From: an uncultured Hormoscilla sp.
GTDB lineage: Bacteria; Cyanobacteriota; Cyanobacteriia; Cyanobacteriales; Desertifilaceae
Direction of reading: 5' to 3'
Length of the DNA stretch: 64,000 nucleotides
NCBI GenBank assembly: GCA_963921275.4
Contig: OZ001293.3
Coordinates: forward strand, 3,584,001-3,648,000
A model generated the notes under the pieces. That model made no database searches. It had not been told where the DNA came from and worked only from the letters and a program-made list of their open reading frames with translations. The translations under genes and the position numbers were made by a program. This document shows, piece after piece, positions 10,828-21,424 of the stretch (the first letter of the stretch is position 1; each line of letters begins with the position of its first letter).

Positions 10828-11368
10828 GCGGAAGGTAAGAATTACCATACTATGTGAAGATATTCAACAGCAAGTATTTGCCCGCTATTTTCTGATCGGT
10901 AGAGGCTTTCATTCCCGCAAAATTAGACTATTACCTCTTCCTGAAGGAAAAGGCTCCGGAGAAAAATATGTCCGAGAAAATTATCCGGCACAGGTTAAGA
11001 GCTATAGGAGCAAATCTATCGATGAGTCAGTTGGTTTGGTAGTGTTGATTAATGCCGATAGAATGACGGTAACCGATCGTCTACATCAGTTAGACACAGC
11101 CCTTGTGGAAGACTCGCAAGCCAGACGCCAAGAGGACGAACGAATTGCTATATTCGTGCCGAAAAGAAATATCGAAACTTGGATATACTATTTACAGGGA
11201 GAAACTGTTGATGAAGAAACAGCCTATCCCAAACTGCTGCGAGAGAGCGATTGCAAGTCCGATGTTGAAGAATTAGTGCAGCAATGTCCTCGCGGACTGG
11301 ATGAAAAGGCTCCCCGATCGCTCCACATGGCCTGCGATGAGTTACAAATAATTCTCCCAGCTTCTTAG
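10820..11368 (+). CDS. ATPase-associated protein, possibly TOPRIM-like
   Basis: Overlaps the ATPase stop; ILCED N-terminal acidic motif, PKRNIETW. Confidence 0.6.
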   Translation: MTKRKVRITILCEDIQQQVFARYFLIGRGFHSRKIRLLPLPEGKGSGEKYVRENYPAQVKSYRSKSIDESVGLVVLINADRMTVTDRLHQLDTALVEDSQARRQEDERIAIFVPKRNIETWIYYLQGETVDEETAYPKLLRESDCKSDVEELVQQCPRGLDEKAPRSLHMACDELQIILPAS

Positions 11369-11374
11369 CATCTT

Positions 11375-11448
11375 GTAGGTTGGGTTGAGGTTCCTTACCC
11401 AACAGCCCCAACGCATGTTGGGTTTCCCTGGGGCTCAACCCAACCTAC
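11375..11448. repeat. REP-like element GTAGGTTGGGTTGAG...CTCAACCCAACCTAC
   Basis: Perfect 15-bp inverted ends with GTAG/CTAC termini. Confidence 0.75.
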
Positions 11449-11622
11449 TCACGTTAAAAATAAAACGGTAGGGTTGACAAAAGCCCTATTTTTCGGGCCG
11501 TCCGCGGACCGATCGCCAGTTATCATGGTAGAGTGCCAGCAAGGGGTGGCGATCGCCAGTAAAGAGGACCGTGCTGCAAATTTCCACCAGAATAGATGCC
11601 AGCATCAGCTAAAACTAGCACC

Positions 11623-12720
11623 ATGCAACATTACCTAGATTATATTTCCATCAAGGGCTTCCGGAGTATCTGGGAGATCCAGAAGCTAAAACTACGCCCC
11701 ATCAATATATTGATCGGGGCTAACGGGTCGGGAAAATCTAACTTTGTGGAAGTATTTTCCTTCTTAAATGCTATTCGTTGTGGTAAGTTAAGAAATTATA
11801 CAGCCCAAAGAGGTGGAGCAGATACAATCTTGCACTTTGGCTCGAAAGTTACACCAGAAATAGAAATAGAAATTTCGTTTAACTCGCAGGTTAACGGGTA
11901 TCAAATATTGTTAGGATCAACAGATATCGATGAACTTTATATCAAAGATGAACGCTGTTGGTTTTGGCGTAAACAATACCCAGGACAATACTACTATTGG
12001 ATCTTAAATGCGGTGAACGGTGAAGCTGGCATTAGTCAACCTGGTCCAAGGATTACCAGTTGGGTGCAGTCACGTCTCGATCGTTTGCGAATTTATCACT
12101 TTCACGATACGAGCAAACAGTCACCCATGAAACGACTTGCAGATGTTAATGATAATTATTTTTTGCGTTCGGATGGCTCAAATCTTCCTGCTTATTTACT
12201 TCTCTTAAGAGAACAAAATCCGTCTAGTTATCGTTTGATACGCAATACAGTGCGAAGGGTAGCACCTTTTTTATATGACTTTCAATTAGCTCCCTTGCGT
12301 CGCAATCAAAATAAAATTCGCCTAGAATGGATGCACAAACTCTCAGACCAATACTTTGATGTTTCGTCTCTATCTGATGGGACATTACGCTTCATTTGTC
12401 TGGCGACCTTATTACTGCAACCTACCCAAAAACGCCCTTCTCCTATCATTTTAGATGAACCCGAACTGGGTTTACATCCTTATGCGATTACGATGTTGGC
12501 AAGCATGGTAAAAGCTGCTGCTACAAAAACTCAGATTATTATTTCTACACAATCACCCCTGCTTCTCGATCATTTTGAACCAGAAGATATTTTGGTCACA
12601 GAATTAGAAGATGGGGCCACAACTCTCACTCGTTTGCAATCTAGTGAGTTAGAAGCATGGCTGGAAGACTATAGCTTGGGACAACTTTGGGAAAAAAATC
12701 AATTTGGTGGCAGACCTTAA
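11623..12720 (+). CDS. ABC-type (AAA_21-like) ATPase
   Basis: GANGSGKS, LSDGTLRF, LDEPELGLHP, STQSP; start may be 11596. Confidence 0.85.
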   Translation: MQHYLDYISIKGFRSIWEIQKLKLRPINILIGANGSGKSNFVEVFSFLNAIRCGKLRNYTAQRGGADTILHFGSKVTPEIEIEISFNSQVNGYQILLGSTDIDELYIKDERCWFWRKQYPGQYYYWILNAVNGEAGISQPGPRITSWVQSRLDRLRIYHFHDTSKQSPMKRLADVNDNYFLRSDGSNLPAYLLLLREQNPSSYRLIRNTVRRVAPFLYDFQLAPLRRNQNKIRLEWMHKLSDQYFDVSSLSDGTLRFICLATLLLQPTQKRPSPIILDEPELGLHPYAITMLASMVKAAATKTQIIISTQSPLLLDHFEPEDILVTELEDGATTLTRLQSSELEAWLEDYSLGQLWEKNQFGGRP

Positions 12721-12721
12721 C

Positions 12722-13420
12722 ATGGTTAGATTGTTGGTACTCGTAGAAGGAGAAACAGAAGAAACTTTTGTTAATGAAGTTTTGGCTTCGCATCTTTATA
12801 AGAAAGGATTTCATACAGTTAGCGCTAAGTTGATGGGTAATGCCCGCAAGCGCGATCGAAGGGGTGGAATTAAAAGGTGGCCCGGAGTGTGTAAAGAAAT
12901 TATCTAACATCTTAATAGAGATAGATCCATATATGTGTCAACAATGGTAGATTACTATGCTTTACCAGGAGGAAAAAATAATCCAAATGCATGGCCAGGG
13001 CGATTCCAAGCGAGTTGTTTAGAGTTTGACAATAAGGCTCAACATATTGAAGCAGAACTACAGCAAGATATTGCCGCTAAAATGAATACAAAACGATTTA
13101 TTCCATATATCATTATGCATGAGTTTGAGGGGTTACTGTTTAGTAACTGCAAGCAGTTTGCTAGGAGTATCGTTCGGGAGGACTTAGCCACTAAGTTTCA
13201 AAACATTCGCGATCGATACTCCTCTCCAGAAGAGATTAATGATTCTCCCGAAACTCATTTATCTCAAAGAATTAAAACCTTGATGCCAGAGTACCAAAAG
13301 TTTCTACATGGTAACTTGGCAGCGATTGATATTGGACTTGAGACTTTTCGCACAGAATGTCCAGGATTTTGGCGTTGGTTAGAGAAAATAGAATCCTTAT
13401 CTAAAGACGATATAATTTGA
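12722..13420 (+). pseudogene. DUF4276 family (TOPRIM-like) protein with in-frame stop
   Basis: VLVEGETEE, MVDYYALP, HEFEGLLFS, PEEIND motifs; TAA at 12905-12907 between same-frame ORFs. Confidence 0.8.
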
Positions 13421-13536
13421 ATCATAAGACTGTAGCATTACAGGTGGGTCTGGTGTAATATGCTTCCGATGACGGATGACCTACTGGACAAGCTGCTGTT
13501 GTTTGACTGAGTAGGATAATTAATTTGTACCAGGGC

Positions 13537-13794
13537 AAATATGCTTTGAGCAGAAAATATTTGCTTTGCAGTCAAGTAAATATGCTTTACGGTCCAGCAA
13601 ACATGCTTTGTAGCAGAGCAAATATGCTTTGTGACAGTAAAAAATATGCTTTGTAGCAGAAAAAATATGCTTTGGGCCAGAGCAAATATGCTTTGGATCA
13701 GAAAAAATATGCTTTCAAGAAAATATGCTTTGCGGTCAAAAAAATATGCTTTGGATCACAGCAAATATGCTTTGCGACAGGGCAAATATGATTT
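13537..13794. repeat. Tandem array of 13 AAATATGCTTT cores with a 21-bp period
   Basis: Cores start at 13537, 13557, 13578, 13599, 13620, 13642, 13663, 13684, 13705, 13721, 13742, 13763, 13784. Confidence 0.95.
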
Positions 13795-14483
13795 GACTCG
13801 TTTCTACTGGCGACGGGAACCCAGAACCGCGAGGCTTCGCTTCCAGTCACAAGGCAAGGGGCCCAGCGATCGTTAGTGGGAACGAGACAATAGATATGCA
13901 CCGGCGATCCTTGCTGATTTTTTCGGTAGGACCGGTAGTAACATGTTTTCTGGGGAAGAAGAACGACCTAAAATACCCTCCACATCTAATATTATTTCTG
14001 TCGCTGCCGGTGGTTTATGGTCACGGGTGATGCTACGGAACATACTCAATGTGGATCCAGTCGGATTTATGAGATGGCTTTATTGACGAAGTAAAAAGCA
14101 TCACCGATCGCCAGGAAGCAGTTGCCGGCATACAACGCCTTCAGCAAAAACGCTTTAACCAAGAATGGCACGATCGTCCAGTTCGCTGTCACCTACTCCA
14201 GCTGGTGATCGATCTATTAAAACAAGAACCGGGACAAAAAAAAAAATTAGCAAAACACAAGCGAAAATTGGCAGAATGTGATAGCATAGTACTGGCGGAT
14301 GCAGTTATAGCAGTACCCGCCGAACTGAGATATAACCGGCTTCAGGGCTCAGAGGGGGCAGGAAAGTGAGGAAAACAGCAAAGAAAATAGCAAAAAATTG
14401 GCGAGAACGGGAAAAATATGATAGCATGGTAGGCGCAGAACTAAGATTTAACCGGTTATAGGGTTTATAGGGGGAGTAACACA

Positions 14484-16355
14484 GTGACTTATGACAGTAA
14501 ACAAATAAAAGTTGTAGCAGCCATTGATTTTGGGACGTCGCGTTCGGGCTACGCCTATGCATTCAAAGATGACAAGCACATAATCGGACGCTATGAGTAG
14601 GACAAACAACCATTTCAATACATCAAAACCCTTACACAAAGCCTCTATAACAGCGATCGCCGGCTAGAAGGGTGGGGGTATGCTGCTCTATACCGGCTAG
14701 CAGAACTGCGTAAAGCTAAAAATGCTAAAGACCATAGCTTTTTCTCAACTTTTAAGATGGCACTGCGGGAAAGCAGTAAGCGCACTAATGATGGTCCCAT
14801 TGCCGTGGCCAACAACGGACAAGAGTTTCCAGTCATCGATCTAGTTGCTGATTACCTACGGGAACTAGGTGGGCTGCTGCGTACAGAACTGAAAAATGCC
14901 ACTAGCGGAAAACTAAAAGATAACAAAATTCTTTGGTGCTTAACAATTCCAGCGATCTGGAAAGACAACGAAAAGTCTTTCATGCGTAGTGCGGCTGTCA
15001 AAGCGGGACTGATTACCGATAGCGAAAGCGATCGCGAACGATTGTTGCTGGTCCTGGAGCCGGAAGCTGCTGCAATTTACTGCCAAGAAAAAGACCAAGC
15101 CCAACTTGAGGCAGGTAAACGCTTTATGGTTGTAGACTGCGGTGGAGGCACAGTTGATATTACCACCCATGAGGTTTCGCCCCATGGTGGGTTGGATGAA
15201 GTAGCCGAAGGGACTGGTGGAGCTTATGGTTCTACATATGTGGACAAAGAGTTTCGCGAATACCTTGCCAGGAAGCTGACAGCTCCAGCTTTGACACGCT
15301 ATGAAGAAGAAGACCCTATTGGTTGGTTGGAACTGATGGGAGACTGGGAACGGAAAAAGTGTGACTTCGATCCGGCAACAACTACGATAAGCTACTTGGA
15401 GATACCCAACCGCCTCTACAAAATTTTGTCAAAGGACTATCCGCAGGTTTTGGAAAAACTTGCGGAGGAACAGGATGAGGATGATAAAAAAGTTCACCTT
15501 AGCCAAGAAACCATGCAGGCAGTGTTTAAACCTGTATTGGATGGTTTGGTGAAAAAAGTTAAAGAACAATTTGCAAGTGTAGATCATCACCGCTTCTACA
15601 AAATTTTGTTAAAGGACTATCCGCAGGTTTTGGAAAAACTTGCGCTTGCGGAGGATGATGAAAAAATTCACCTTAGCCAAGAAACCATGCAGGCAATAGT
15701 TAAAAAATTTAAAGAAGATCGTCGCGGGTGCGATATTATGTATCTCGTCGGTGGATTTTCTACATCGCCTGTTTTACGTCAACGCATTCAGCAAGAATTT
15801 GGCGATCGCATCAAGATTGTGATGCCAAAACAACCCGGTGCAGCAATAGTGGAAGGGGCAGCCTCGTTTGGTCTAAATCCAGAAAGCATCCGCTCCCGCT
15901 GTTCTCGCCTTATTTATGGTTGCCAGGTTTGTCAAGTGTTTGATGAAAATCGCGATCGCCATCAGAAAAGCAAGCGTCAATATTTTGAAGAAAAAGGTGA
16001 CTGGTATATTTGCAATCGTTTTAGTCACTTTGTGCTAGCAGGTGACAGTGTTGATGTCAACGAAGTAGTCACGCACCCATTTTATCCTATGACGTCGGAT
16101 CAGAAGGCAATAGGTTTTACATTTTATGCAACGCGGAAAAAGAATCCACGCTATGTAGATGAGCCAGATGTAGAAGAGTTGGGAAAGTTAGAAGTTGATA
16201 TATCTTCAACAGTTGGTAAACAGAGAGATGAACAGCAGGTCGAAGTTTCCATGAACTTTGGCAGAACCGAAATAGCCGTTACTGCCAGAGATATGAAAAC
16301 AGGACAAACGTACAATACAAATCTGCGTTTTTCTTCCACATACTCAATCGAATAA
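14484..16355 (+). pseudogene. HSPA12-like Hsp70-family protein with one early in-frame stop
   Basis: GTG 14484 opens VVAAIDFGTSRSGYAY; TAG at 14598-14600; same frame continues WCLTIPAIW, LEPEAAA, VDCGGGTVD, LVGGFS. Confidence 0.8.
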
Positions 16356-16367
16356 GGGAGCGTATAC

Positions 16368-18218
16368 ATGATGGAATCACAAAAAACACCTAACCCAGGG
16401 GAAACCCCAGAAGTAGAGCGAGACACCTCAGCAGATGCAGAAGCACAGAAAAAGCTACGGGGTGACGCAGGAACTACAGACTCATCTACAACATCTGAAC
16501 GAGCAGAAGGGAGCGAAATTTCTTCTCTTAGCTCAGAGGAAGATAATGATCCAGCAAGAGTAAAGGATCCTGTAGATCCTGCTGACAAAAAAATAGCACC
16601 GCCGCCAAGTAAAAAAAGAATTGGAATTATAGGTAGAATTATAGGTAGAATTAAAGGTATGTTCGGGATGTCTCAAGCAAACGAAAAAATCTACAACAAC
16701 CTTATAGAGGTTTATGACTGGCTAGCTAAAATACACAAGGGAAAACCCAATGTAGATTTTAAAGACAAGCAAATGGATTTTAGTTGTGTGTATATAAAGG
16801 CAGCACTGGATCTAATTGATCGATTGTCAAATGATAAAGAAGAACTCCGCGCTCAATTAGCAGAACTAGAACAAGATAATCGTGAATTGCAGTCAGAGTG
16901 CAAGTTACTAAAACAACAGAATAGAAATCTGGTAGCAGAAAGGGATGGGCTTCGCCGCACAAAACAAAGCTTTGAGGAAGAAAATAAAGAACTTCAGGCT
17001 CAATACAGACAAAAGGCTCAGGAAGTTGAAACAGTCAAAGGACAGAAGGAATCTTTGGAAGGAGAGCTTAAAGAACAAGAAGCAAGCAAGAGTAAACTGT
17101 TAGCAGAAGTGGCACGCCTGAAACGAAATACAGGTACGCATTATGACGGAACGAGCGAGCGACCACAGCACCATGTTTTGACAGGGGAATATAAAACCCT
17201 CAAAGAGCAGCATCTGGATCCTTTGGCCACCAGCTTGTTTACATTCATGGCAATGCTCGATCCAGAACTAAAGAAACAGCGCAAACAAAAAGTAAATGAC
17301 ATCAAAGCTGCTATCTCTGCTACTGTTCTGATAAAGGGTCAGGCAATTATGCGAGGAGAAAGCACTGGGTCAGTAGATATACCCTCAGAAATGCTAGAGG
17401 AAATGCAAAGCTTGTTGTGTCAGAAGCTACAATTAAATAATCAAGAGTTTCCGCCCGAAGCTATAGAATTCCTGAAAAAAGCAGTAAACCGCGCGCAGGG
17501 TAAAGTCGAGTATCCTGAACCTGGTAAATGGCAAGAAAAAGACTTCAATAAAGCCTCCGCAGAACTGAGGCCTCTCCTTTACCAAAAGCTAAAACTTGAC
17601 TTGGCAAACCTGAGTCCCGACTTACAGACCGAAACACAAAAAGCGATTCAAAATGCTTTGCACTTTCTGGAACGAGCTGCTTGTGCAGATCCAGCAGCAG
17701 ACCTAACATTCGACAAGGAAGGTGCTCCTTTCCGCATCGACTATCACGAAGCTGCAAAAGGTTGGAATGATGAAGGGACAGTCATAAAAACAATCTATCC
17801 TGTCTATCTGGTAAACGGAAAAGCAAAAGTTAAAGCAGTTGTATTAACTGAACCGTCATCTGAGGCTTCGCATCCAAGCACTATTAACAACACACCATCT
17901 TCAACAGAATCGGAATCTAGTCACCTTGCAACTACAACAAAATGGACAGAGGGCAAGGAGGATGAAGAAAGGATCCGTTTGGAGGCAAAACGAGAATCTT
18001 TAATAAAGGGCGTGAAGGCTAAATGGTTTGATTCTCAAGACTCAACATACAAAGAGTCAGAAGCTCGGCTGCTAGAGAAGTTATCTAAAATAGAACGGCG
18101 TGACGTTATTGAGGAACTGGTGGAAAGAGAAATTCATAAATCAGACAATCCGAATCAGTTCGAGGAAAAACTAGATGAGCTGCTAGCGGATTCTTCTAGT
18201 CAACAGAATAATGAGTAA
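16368..18218 (+). CDS. Coiled-coil protein with GrpE-like beta domain
   Basis: Long heptad region (aa ~145-255); GAPFRIDYHEA...GTVIKTIYPVYLVNGKAKVKAVV resembles the GrpE head. Confidence 0.6.
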   Translation: MMESQKTPNPGETPEVERDTSADAEAQKKLRGDAGTTDSSTTSERAEGSEISSLSSEEDNDPARVKDPVDPADKKIAPPPSKKRIGIIGRIIGRIKGMFGMSQANEKIYNNLIEVYDWLAKIHKGKPNVDFKDKQMDFSCVYIKAALDLIDRLSNDKEELRAQLAELEQDNRELQSECKLLKQQNRNLVAERDGLRRTKQSFEEENKELQAQYRQKAQEVETVKGQKESLEGELKEQEASKSKLLAEVARLKRNTGTHYDGTSERPQHHVLTGEYKTLKEQHLDPLATSLFTFMAMLDPELKKQRKQKVNDIKAAISATVLIKGQAIMRGESTGSVDIPSEMLEEMQSLLCQKLQLNNQEFPPEAIEFLKKAVNRAQGKVEYPEPGKWQEKDFNKASAELRPLLYQKLKLDLANLSPDLQTETQKAIQNALHFLERAACADPAADLTFDKEGAPFRIDYHEAAKGWNDEGTVIKTIYPVYLVNGKAKVKAVVLTEPSSEASHPSTINNTPSSTESESSHLATTTKWTEGKEDEERIRLEAKRESLIKGVKAKWFDSQDSTYKESEARLLEKLSKIERRDVIEELVEREIHKSDNPNQFEEKLDELLADSSSQQNNE

Positions 18219-18230
18219 CAGGAGGTTGTT

Positions 18231-18617
18231 ATGAGTCGGGGAAAAGAGAGATATGTGAGTGTTGAGGAACGGGAATTACGCAGATTACGCGAACAGGAAA
18301 GCCGACTGCGTTCTGTTCAACAAGATTTGCCCGATCGCCTCAATCGCGTTCGTGAGGAAGCACGGCTCCAGATGCAGCAACGCCTCGCCCCTCTAGAGAA
18401 ACGGGCAAGACAACAGGAAAAAGAGACCCAACGCCTGCGGAGTAATATTGGCGATCTCGAACGCAGTACCCAACAGCGATTGCAACAACAGCGCCAAGAA
18501 TTTCAGAAATCGGTGCGGGAATCGGAGGATCGACAACGGCAGGCACTTGCCCGTGAAAGCACTCGCCTAGAGTCAGCCATGCGGGCAGGGTTCCAGCACG
18601 AAGATGCGTTAAGCTAA
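18231..18617 (+). pseudogene. Probably truncated coiled-coil protein
   Basis: AGGAGG RBS; R/E/Q-rich; last codons and stop come from the repeat starting at 18603. Confidence 0.55.
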
Positions 18618-18716
18618 GAATTGACTGGGCTGGAGGATGCCGAAGCTTAGTTAGATATGGCGATCGCGTCCCTGTAAACAGATCGATCGCTTGGTGCTAT
18701 TATAGCAGCGATCGCC
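18603..18716 (+). repeat. Inter-cassette repeat, copy A
   Basis: GTTAAGCTAAGAATTGACT...GCTTAGTT...GATCGCGTC shared with 20328-20437 and 21425-21571. Confidence 0.85.
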
Positions 18717-18791
18717 GTTCGCGCAGGCGTAGCCGTGTGGCGCAGCCATTCGTGGCTATCTGGATAACCCCAGGTTTGAGCGAATGGGCTA

Positions 18792-19662
18792 GGGCGTGTC
18801 ATCAGTTAAGCCAGACGACAGAAGCAGCCAGATAAATCGCCCCTAAAAAGTTACGGGCTGTTTTATCATAACGGGTAGCAATAGCGCGATACTGCTTGAG
18901 TTTGGCAAAAAAGTTTTCAATTAGATGGCGAGCCTTGTAGAGGTGCTTGTCATAAGGATAAGGAACTTGGCGATTCACCTTGGAGGGAATGACCGCTGTG
19001 CAACTTTGAGCTTGGAGTTTTTGACGGACCCGCTCATCAGCATCATAAGCTTTATCTGCCAGGATTGCCTCAGCTTCAAGGTTTTCAAGGAGGACATCTG
19101 CGCCATCTTGATCGTGGGCTTGTCCTCCCGTCAAAAAGAAGCCTGTGGGATTCCCCAGAGCGTCACAAGTGGCATGAATCTTTGTACTTAATCCTCCTCG
19201 ACTTCTACCAATGGCTTGAGCGTTACTCTCTCCACTCATTGTCCTCTCTGTCCTCCCCGGAATCTTTTTTTGCGCCCCAGCACTGTGTTGATGCGCTCGC
19301 ACGATTGTCGAATCAATCATCCCATACTCGTTATCTGCGTCTTGCGCCAACAGCTTGAATATCCTTTCCCACACTCCACTTTTATTCCATCGGCTAAATC
19401 TTGTATGTACTACTCGAAAATCTCCAAACCTTTCAGGTAGGTCTCTCCACGGGATTCCCGCTCTATATCGATACAACACTGCTTCAACAAACAGTCGATT
19501 ATTTTTGGCCGTTCCTCCTACATGGCCGTCTCTCCCAGGTAGCAAATCCTTGATTTTTTCCCACTGGTCATCTCTAAGTGCATATCTACGCATTTTTCTC
19601 TGTGTTTCTCTCTCTTCGGTTTATCTATTCTATCCTTTCTTTCTCTAACTGATGACACGCCC
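18792..19662 (-). mobile_element. IS5-family (IS427-like) insertion sequence
   Basis: TIR GGGCGTGTCATCAGTTA, TA duplication within CTAG. Confidence 0.9.
18802..19593 (-). CDS. IS5-family transposase
   Basis: WRDLPERFG, IDSTIVRAH, ADKAYD, RHLIENFFAKLKQYRAIATRYDK. Confidence 0.92.
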   Translation of the reverse strand: MRRYALRDDQWEKIKDLLPGRDGHVGGTAKNNRLFVEAVLYRYRAGIPWRDLPERFGDFRVVHTRFSRWNKSGVWERIFKLLAQDADNEYGMIDSTIVRAHQHSAGAQKKIPGRTERTMSGESNAQAIGRSRGGLSTKIHATCDALGNPTGFFLTGGQAHDQDGADVLLENLEAEAILADKAYDADERVRQKLQAQSCTAVIPSKVNRQVPYPYDKHLYKARHLIENFFAKLKQYRAIATRYDKTARNFLGAIYLAASVVWLN

Positions 19663-19755
19663 TAGTAAGGAGAGAAAAATTGACTCGAAAACCTTTAAGT
19701 TACCCGATGGGGAGTATTTGTGAAAAGGAAAACAACCAGGAGGAAATGGATAAAT

Positions 19756-19980
19756 ATGGGTGAAAATAAGATAAAAGAAATTATTTTCTTGGTGTCAGAG
19801 GATCCGGAAGACGGTTATATTGCTAAAGCGATCGGGGAATCTATTTTCACTCAAGCCGATAGCCTGCAAGAACTGCGAGAAATGATTAAAGATGCTGTTC
19901 ATTGCCATTATCCCGATGAGCAAAATCTTCCTCAACTAATTCGTCTGCATATTGTTCGTGATGAGGTGATTGCTTCATGA
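19756..19980 (+). CDS. HicB-like antitoxin
   Basis: EIIFLVSEDPEDGYIAKAIGESIFTQAD; overlaps hicA start (ATGA). Confidence 0.7.
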   Translation: MGENKIKEIIFLVSEDPEDGYIAKAIGESIFTQADSLQELREMIKDAVHCHYPDEQNLPQLIRLHIVRDEVIAS

Positions 19981-20219
19981 AGTTGCCTAGAGATATATCT
20001 GGTGAAGCACTGGTTAAGGCTTTAAGTAAATTGGGATATGTTGTCGAGCGCCAAACGGCGAGCCATATGGGATTAACGACTCAGGAAAATGGCGAACATC
20101 ACATTACTATTCCTAACCATAATCCAATTAAGATTGGGACTCTTAGTGCAATTATGCGTGATGTTGAGAACCACTTTAATTTAACCCGCGATGAATGCCT
20201 CACCAAATTATTTTCTTAG
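19977..20219 (+). CDS. hicA: HicA-family toxin
   Basis: LSKLGYVVERQTASH, ITIPNH..IKIGTLSAI. Confidence 0.8.
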   Translation: MKLPRDISGEALVKALSKLGYVVERQTASHMGLTTQENGEHHITIPNHNPIKIGTLSAIMRDVENHFNLTRDECLTKLFS

Positions 20220-20327
20220 GTATTACTATGTATTGAGGGTAGGCAAAGAGTTCAATTTCCGTTCGCGCAGCGTGGCGCAGCCATACATCAAGATATTCCA
20301 AGTTTACAGGTAGCTGTTGTCCGTCAA

Positions 20328-20437
20328 TATTTGTCAACAAAGGAGCTATTGACAGCAGGCACTTGCAATGGGTTAAGCTAAGAATTGACTGGGCTCTGGA
20401 TGCCGGTCACAGCTTAGTTAGAGATGGAGATCGCGTC
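20328..20437 (+). repeat. Inter-cassette repeat, copy B
   Basis: TATTTGTCAACAAAGGAGCTATTGACAGCAGG shared with copy C; core shared with A. Confidence 0.85.
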
Positions 20438-20627
20438 GGTGATTTTCTCGTTCGGTGGGATCTGCCTGGGAACGAGCAGTTGAGGCTCTGCGGACGGTCA
20501 CAAGCCGATCGCCCTACCGGTGTCCAACAGTAAGCCTTTCAGGCGCGATCGGCCATTTAATTTACCTCTAGAAATTAGCGTCGCTATCATCTATGATAAG
20601 ATAGAGTGAAGTGAAACTCGAACAATT

Positions 20628-20913
20628 GTGATTCAGCTTGAAATTGCCGTGAGTAATATTCTGCAAGTTAACCCGCAAGGCGGTTTGAATATACCAGCAG
20701 CAATGCTGGGCAGCATCCCCCCTAACCGTCGCTATGTCGTGGAAGTAACCTCTGAGGCGATCGTCTTACGTCCAGAAACATCTACAGCCCTCTGGCAAAG
20801 AACCACACTCTTCTGAAAGAGTAAAACACTGGCAAGCATGGGCAGGCCAACTAAATGTTACTTCCCCAGGGCTTCCTGATGCCGCCCTCAGCCGTGACAA
20901 TATTTATGATTGA
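20628..20913 (+). pseudogene. AbrB/MazE-like antitoxin, frameshifted
   Basis: VNPQGGLNIP N-terminus; frameshift near 20808; LPDAALSRDNIYD C-terminus overlapping the PIN start. Confidence 0.6.
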
Positions 20914-21352
20914 TGACTCGTTATCTACTCGATACTAACATTCTACTCCGCGCTAGAGATCGATCTGCGTCTAACTATCAACTTGCAGTAGACGCAGTAT
21001 CCCAATTGTTGGCACAAGACATCGAATGTGTCATCACTGCCCAAGTGTTGATATAATTTTGGGTGGTTGCCACGCGCCAAATTGAAATGAATGGTTTAGG
21101 ATGGAATATACAGCAAACCAAAAATGAAATTGATGGAGTTCTCGATCAGTTTCCACTTCTAGAAGAAACGCCACAAATTTTGACGAATTGGTTACAGTTA
21201 GTTTCGTAATGGGTAAACGTACCCACGACGCACGGATCCTGGCGGTAATGCTTGTACATGGAGTTACCCATCTACTAACATTTAATCCCGATGATTTTAC
21301 TAACATATCCAGTGATATAACGATCGTGCATCCTCAAGAAATTATTCGGTGA
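20913..21352 (+). pseudogene. PIN/VapC toxin pseudogene
   Basis: YLLDTNILLR; TAA at 21054-21056; frameshift near 21207; GKRTHDARILA, LLTFNPDDF. Confidence 0.8.
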
Positions 21353-21424
21353 TAGGAATTTAGGAGATCGGCGTCAACAGGTCACCTGCCCACTATCTTC
21401 GGCTAGAAAAAAGCGGAAGTCAGC

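Noticed and set aside
13537..13794. CRISPR array
   Set aside because: An 11-bp repeat and ~10-bp similar linkers are far too short, and no cas genes are present
13631..13901. ORFs 13631-13876 (+) and 13698-13901 (-) as real genes
   Set aside because: By-products of the repeat array, with frame switches at indels
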